A program made the translations under genes and the position numbers. Source: Halarcobacter sp. (GTDB lineage: Bacteria > Campylobacterota > Campylobacteria > Campylobacterales > Arcobacteraceae). Taken from it: DNA of 64,000 nt. Below the pieces are notes generated by a model. That model had not been told where the DNA came from. It made no database searches and saw only the letters and a list, made by a program, of their open reading frames with translations. The stretch is from contig CP182352.1 of assembly GCA_048571215.1 (NCBI GenBank), positions 1,440,001-1,504,000 on the forward strand, read 5' to 3'. Below are positions 59,262 to 64,000 of the stretch, piece by piece. Numbering within the stretch: the first letter of the stretch is position 1; every line of letters starts with the position of its first letter.

Positions 59262-60347
59262 ATGACTAGCTTTGAAATTTCAAAAGAATGGAACTATCAT
59301 AACCTAGAGAAGAAAATAAAAGATTTTGATAACTTTTATAAAAAAAATTTAAACTCAAAGGAGCAATTAGTATTTGACTTTACAAGTTTAGATGAGATTG
59401 ACTCCTCAGGGATTATACTTATAATAAAATACTTAACACTCTTTTCAAAAAAAAATATAGATGTTAAACTAAAAAACATCTCTACAAAACATAATAAAAT
59501 GTTGGAATTATATAAAGCAAACTATACCCACAAAGACGAGATTATAGAGTATAAACCCAATATACTAGAATCTTTAGGTAAAGAGGCCTTAGATAGTAAA
59601 ACCTCCCTTAAAAACTTTTTTTATTTTTTAGGACGAGTTTTTATCTATTCACTTTACCTTTTAGCTCACCCATCTAAGATACGATTTAAAGCTATCACAA
59701 ACCAAATAGAAATAGCTGCTATACATATTCTACCTATTATAGCTTTGGCTCTTTTTTTGGTAGGTTTTGTTACAGCATACCAAGGTGCTGAACAGCTAAA
59801 TAAGTTTGGGGCAGCTATTATTGTTGTAGAGATGTCAACCATGTCTATGTTTAGAGAGATTGCTCCATTTTTAGCAGCAGTCATAGTAGCAGGAAGAAGT
59901 GCTTCATCTTTTACAGCTCAAATTGGAACTATGAAAATAACAGAAGAGATAAGTGCTATGAAAACTATGGGTTTAGATGTTGATATATTTTTGATTATTC
60001 CAAGAATCATTGCTCTTATAATTGTTATGCCCCTTTTAGTGTTTTTTGCCGATATGGCATCCCTACTTGGAGAGATGATTATTGTAAAGATACACCTAGG
60101 TATCTCTTATACACAATTTATCCATAGAATTTATGAGTATGTAGAAATAAGACATATTATGCTTGGAATACTAAAAGCCCCTTTATTTGGTATACTAATT
60201 GCAATAATTGGATGCTATAGAGGTTTACAAGTTAGAAGTGGGACAGATATAGGTAAATATACTACAAAAGCTGTCGTAGACTCGATTTTTTGGCTTATTA
60301 TAATAAATGCCTTAATCTCACTTTTATCTATACAGTTAGGATTTTAA
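59262..60347 (+). CDS. MlaE-family ABC permease with N-terminal STAS
   Basis: IDSSG STAS motif; AGRSASSFTAQIGTMKITEEISA. Confidence 0.88.
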   Translation: MTSFEISKEWNYHNLEKKIKDFDNFYKKNLNSKEQLVFDFTSLDEIDSSGIILIIKYLTLFSKKNIDVKLKNISTKHNKMLELYKANYTHKDEIIEYKPNILESLGKEALDSKTSLKNFFYFLGRVFIYSLYLLAHPSKIRFKAITNQIEIAAIHILPIIALALFLVGFVTAYQGAEQLNKFGAAIIVVEMSTMSMFREIAPFLAAVIVAGRSASSFTAQIGTMKITEEISAMKTMGLDVDIFLIIPRIIALIIVMPLLVFFADMASLLGEMIIVKIHLGISYTQFIHRIYEYVEIRHIMLGILKAPLFGILIAIIGCYRGLQVRSGTDIGKYTTKAVVDSIFWLIIINALISLLSIQLGF

Positions 60348-60348
60348 G

Positions 60349-61092
60349 ATGGTAAAAGTAAAAAACTTATCAACTTCATTTGATGAAAAAGTTGTACACA
60401 ATAATATCTCTTTAGAGATATACAAAGGGGAAATCTTTGGTATCTTAGGGGGAAGTGGAAGTGGTAAAACCACCCTGCTTCGTCAAATGATTTTATTGGA
60501 TGAAATTCAAAGTGGAGATATAGAGATATTAGGACAAAATATCAAAACAATGAGACAAAAACAAAGAGATTATTTGAAAAAAAACTGGGGTATTCTTTTT
60601 CAATTTGGAGCACTATTCTCTTCACTTAATGTTATTGAAAATATTGGTATAATGTTAAAAGAGAATACAAAACTTCCAAAAGATTTGATAAATGATATAG
60701 CCTATACAAAACTTAAAATGGTAGGTCTTGATTCTAGTGTTGGAAAACTTAATCCAGAAGAATTAAGTGGAGGTATGAAAAAAAGAGTTGCACTTGCACG
60801 AAGTTTAGCCCTTGACCCCCAAATACTTTTTTTAGATGAACCAACTTCAGGACTAGATCCTGCTAGTGCTAAAGCTTTTGATAAACTAATTGTTGAACTA
60901 AGGGATATGTTAAATCTAACTGTTGTTGTAATTACCCATGAGTTAAATACTATAAAAGATGTATTAAATAGGTTTTGTATTATATCAGATGGAAAGCTTG
61001 TATTAACAGGTACTTACGAAGATGCAATAAATGCAAATAATGTTAAAATAGATAAGTTTTTAAAACTACAAAGGGATAAGTTTGGAAAATAA
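60349..61092 (+). CDS. MlaF-type ABC ATP-binding protein
   Basis: GGSGSGKT, LSGGMKKRVALARSL, DEPTSGLDP. Confidence 0.9.
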   Translation: MVKVKNLSTSFDEKVVHNNISLEIYKGEIFGILGGSGSGKTTLLRQMILLDEIQSGDIEILGQNIKTMRQKQRDYLKKNWGILFQFGALFSSLNVIENIGIMLKENTKLPKDLINDIAYTKLKMVGLDSSVGKLNPEELSGGMKKRVALARSLALDPQILFLDEPTSGLDPASAKAFDKLIVELRDMLNLTVVVITHELNTIKDVLNRFCIISDGKLVLTGTYEDAINANNVKIDKFLKLQRDKFGK

Positions 61093-62008
61093 AGCAAGAT
61101 ATACTTTAGTTGGACTTTTTTTAGTTATATTTACTGTAGCTATGGCTATATTTATTTTATGGCTTGCACGATATGATATAAAAGAGATAGAAGCAAAAGA
61201 GTATAGAGTCTATAGTAAAGTTTCAGTTGCAGGACTAAATGAAAATTCAATTGTGCAATACAAAGGTTTAAATATTGGAACAATTGATAAAATAGGTATT
61301 AACCCAAATAATTTAGAACAAGTAGAGATTATACTAAAAATTACAAAACCTGAAATTATAAAAACTGATAGTTTTGCTACTATTCAATCCCAAGGAGTAA
61401 CAGGAAATAAATATATAGAGATAGATGGGGGAACACAAAATGCCCAAGCTCTACAAAAAACTATTGATAAAGAGTATGCAATAATTCCATTAAAAAAATC
61501 ATTCCTTGATAAACTTACAAATAGTGCTGATAATATAAGTTCACAAATTGAAACTGTTTTAAAAAGATTTGATAATTTATTAGATAAAGAAAACTTAGGA
61601 AATATAAAAGAGTCTTTAAAGAATTTAAACAATAGTTCTGAGGATTTCAATAAAACTGTAATAAAAGTAAATACCCTTATAGATAAATCTATCACTAAAA
61701 CAGTTGAAAATGTTAATAATATGTCTAAATCAATTGATAAAGTTGTTAAAGAAGATGTTTCTAAAACATTAAATAATATTGATACTTTAAGTGTTGAAAT
61801 AAAACAAATAGTAAATGAAGATGTAAAAGAGCTACTAAAAGATTTAAAAACTACTGCAAAATCTTCACAAGATATTGATAGAGTTTTAAATTCACTAGAA
61901 AATACTTTGGATAAAATTGATAGTACCGTTGAAAATTTTAATCAAAATGGTGGTGATATGATATTTAAAACCAGAGAAGTAAACTATGGTCCAGGGGAGA
62001 AAAAGTGA
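61082..62008 (+). CDS. MlaD/MCE-domain protein
   Basis: N-terminal TM, SVAGL..VQYKG, QGVTG, coiled-coil tail. Confidence 0.88.
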   Translation: MENKARYTLVGLFLVIFTVAMAIFILWLARYDIKEIEAKEYRVYSKVSVAGLNENSIVQYKGLNIGTIDKIGINPNNLEQVEIILKITKPEIIKTDSFATIQSQGVTGNKYIEIDGGTQNAQALQKTIDKEYAIIPLKKSFLDKLTNSADNISSQIETVLKRFDNLLDKENLGNIKESLKNLNNSSEDFNKTVIKVNTLIDKSITKTVENVNNMSKSIDKVVKEDVSKTLNNIDTLSVEIKQIVNEDVKELLKDLKTTAKSSQDIDRVLNSLENTLDKIDSTVENFNQNGGDMIFKTREVNYGPGEKK

Positions 62009-62595
62009 AAAAATTAGCAATAAGTTTAGTTTTAACAATACTATTTTTTAGTGGATGTATAAGTATTACAAAAGAGTTACCAGCTTTTAGTACTTATTCT
62101 TTAAATATAAATGATAAAAAAGTTAGTAATAAATTTTATGATATCTCAATAAAAATAAATGAACCAAAAGCTATAAATAGTTTAAATAGTAAAGCAATAA
62201 TGTATTCAAAAGACTCAACTTCTCTAGAAAGTTATGCTTTAAGTAGATGGAGTGATAGACCTTCAAAACTTATTCAAGAAAATATAGCAAAATTTTTAAC
62301 AAAACAAAACTCATATAAACTTATCTCAACTTCTAATATAAAAGTTCTTAGTGATTATGTGATAAATAGTGAGATACAAGAATTTAAACATCAATTTGTA
62401 GGAAATAAATCTTTTGCAGTTTTTTCTATTAGAGTGTATCTAATCAATGAGAAAACAAATAGTGTAGTTTTTAAAAACTTCTCATATAAAAAATTACTAA
62501 AAGAAAACAATGCAAAAAACTTTGTAGATACAATGAATTATTTAGTATCAGTTTTTGCTATAGATTTAAATAAATATATACAATCTAAAGTTTAA
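62005..62595 (+). CDS. ABC-type transport auxiliary lipoprotein (PqiC-like)
   Basis: Lipobox FSGC, RWSDRP; last gene of the MCE operon. Confidence 0.8.
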   Translation: MKKLAISLVLTILFFSGCISITKELPAFSTYSLNINDKKVSNKFYDISIKINEPKAINSLNSKAIMYSKDSTSLESYALSRWSDRPSKLIQENIAKFLTKQNSYKLISTSNIKVLSDYVINSEIQEFKHQFVGNKSFAVFSIRVYLINEKTNSVVFKNFSYKKLLKENNAKNFVDTMNYLVSVFAIDLNKYIQSKV

Positions 62596-62600
62596 AAAAT

Positions 62601-62621
62601 CCCATTTGAATTTCAAATGGG
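62601..62621 (+). terminator. Hairpin after MCE operon
   Basis: CCCATTTGAA-t-TTCAAATGGG. Confidence 0.5.
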
Positions 62622-62728
62622 CATAACTGTAACTTCAAACTTCTAATCATAAATTTATTAACTATTTTATCTTTTTAATAATCTTTTCTTAGTTATAATT
62701 TAACCAAATTTTAACAAAAGGTTTTAAT

Positions 62729-64000
62729 ATGGCTAAAATTACAGAACAAGATATTATTGATAGTATAGCTGATGCATGTCAGTTTATTTCATTTTACCAC
62801 CCAGAAGATTTCGTAAAAGGGATGGTAGAAGCTTATGAAAATGAAAAAAGTGAATCTGCAAAAAATGCGATTGGACAAATATTAATCAACTCAAAAATGT
62901 GTGCAATGGGTCACAGACCATTATGTCAAGATACAGGAAGTGTAAATATTTTTGTAAAAGTTGGACTAAATGCAAACTTAGATATTAAAAAAGAATTAGT
63001 AGATTTATTAAATGAAGGTGTAGCTAAAGGATATACAGATCCAGATAACACATTAAGATATTCTGTTGTTTCAGATCCAGCAGGGGCTAGAACAAATACA
63101 AAAAACAATACACCAGCTGTTATTCATGTAACAGTAGATAACTCAGATGAGTTAGATATTACAGTTGCAGCAAAAGGTGGAGGAAGTGAAAATAAATCTA
63201 AATTTGCTGTATTAAATCCAAGTGACAGTGTATATGACTGGGTTATGGAAAATGTTAGACAAATGGGTGCAGGATGGTGTCCTCCAGGAATACTGGGTAT
63301 TGGTATTGGTGGAAATCCAGAAAAAGCTATGCTTTTAGCAAAAGAGTCTTTAATGGGTCATGTTGATATCCATGAACTTCAAGCAAGAGGACCACAAAAT
63401 GCTTTAGAAGAGCTAAGACTTAAACTATATGAAGATATCAATAAAATTGGTATTGGAGCACAAGGGCTTGGTGGTTTAACTACAGTTGTTGATGTTAAAA
63501 TCTTAGATTATCCATGTCATGCGGCATCACTTCCTGTTGCTATGATTCCAAACTGTGCTGCTACTAGACATATTCACTTTAAATTAAAAGGTGATGGACC
63601 AGCAAAATTTGATAAACCAGATTTAGACCTTTGGCCAGATATTGAACTTCCAATGGATACAATCAAAAAAGTAAATATTGAAGATTTAACAAAAGAGAAC
63701 CTATCTCAATTTAAATCGGGTGATACTTTATTATTATCAGGAAAAATTTTAACAGCAAGGGATGCAGCTCATAAAAAAATCGTTGAGTATAAAAATGCTG
63801 GTAAACCACTTCCAAATGGAGTTGATTTAAAAGATAGATTTATCTACTACGTTGGACCAGTTGATCCAGTAAGAGATGAAAAAGTAGGACCTGCTGGACC
63901 AACTACATCTACAAGAATGGATAAATTTACAAAAGATATGATGGAAATAGGTATTATGGGTATGATTGGTAAAGCTGAAAGAAAGCAACCAACTATTGAT
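62729..64000 (+). CDS. Class I (Fe-S) fumarate hydratase, runs off the right edge
   Basis: MAKITEQDIIDSIADACQFISFYHP..., RPLCQDTG, KGGGSENKS, GWCPPG, CAATRH, GPTTSTRMD; not in ORF track because truncated. Confidence 0.92.
   Translation, partial: MAKITEQDIIDSIADACQFISFYHPEDFVKGMVEAYENEKSESAKNAIGQILINSKMCAMGHRPLCQDTGSVNIFVKVGLNANLDIKKELVDLLNEGVAKGYTDPDNTLRYSVVSDPAGARTNTKNNTPAVIHVTVDNSDELDITVAAKGGGSENKSKFAVLNPSDSVYDWVMENVRQMGAGWCPPGILGIGIGGNPEKAMLLAKESLMGHVDIHELQARGPQNALEELRLKLYEDINKIGIGAQGLGGLTTVVDVKILDYPCHAASLPVAMIPNCAATRHIHFKLKGDGPAKFDKPDLDLWPDIELPMDTIKKVNIEDLTKENLSQFKSGDTLLLSGKILTARDAAHKKIVEYKNAGKPLPNGVDLKDRFIYYVGPVDPVRDEKVGPAGPTTSTRMDKFTKDMMEIGIMGMIGKAERKQPTID

Noticed and set aside
2465..63108. 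Numerous 60-140 aa ORFs antisense to or nested in long genes (e.g. 2465, 3897, 36269, 46218, 52448, 53782, 61384, 62926)
   Set aside because: Shadow frames of well-supported genes on the other strand or frame.

Overview
AT-rich chromosomal window that looks like a Campylobacterota (Arcobacteraceae-like) genome, judged from gene content and composition. Housekeeping and metabolic blocks include an SSS transporter with iorAB-paaK-ACT, trpB, cmoB, ccsBA, a two-component system, aceEF-lpdA with lipoylation genes, an IclR-linked cluster with three CitE-like domains, kdpDE-ktrBA, a Mla-like ABC system and fumarate hydratase. These flank a ~10 kb accessory region (about 24.2-34.3 kb). That region holds three short integron-like cassette arrays with no integrase in the window. 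Each array begins at a conserved TATAAT-N16-GTT site (attI/promoter-like), has attC-like hairpins, and follows a ~220-bp highly structured, covarying repeat (six copies, both orientations). One repeat copy is split by an IS110 element whose non-coding leader contains a readable bridge RNA with guides matching that repeat and the IS's own ends. Several cassette genes look like anti-phage effectors (Ser/Thr kinase, PIN-like, HEPN-like). An IS256 with an 8-bp target duplication has rewritten the C-terminus of a response regulator. All calls are from reading the sequence; no searches were run.
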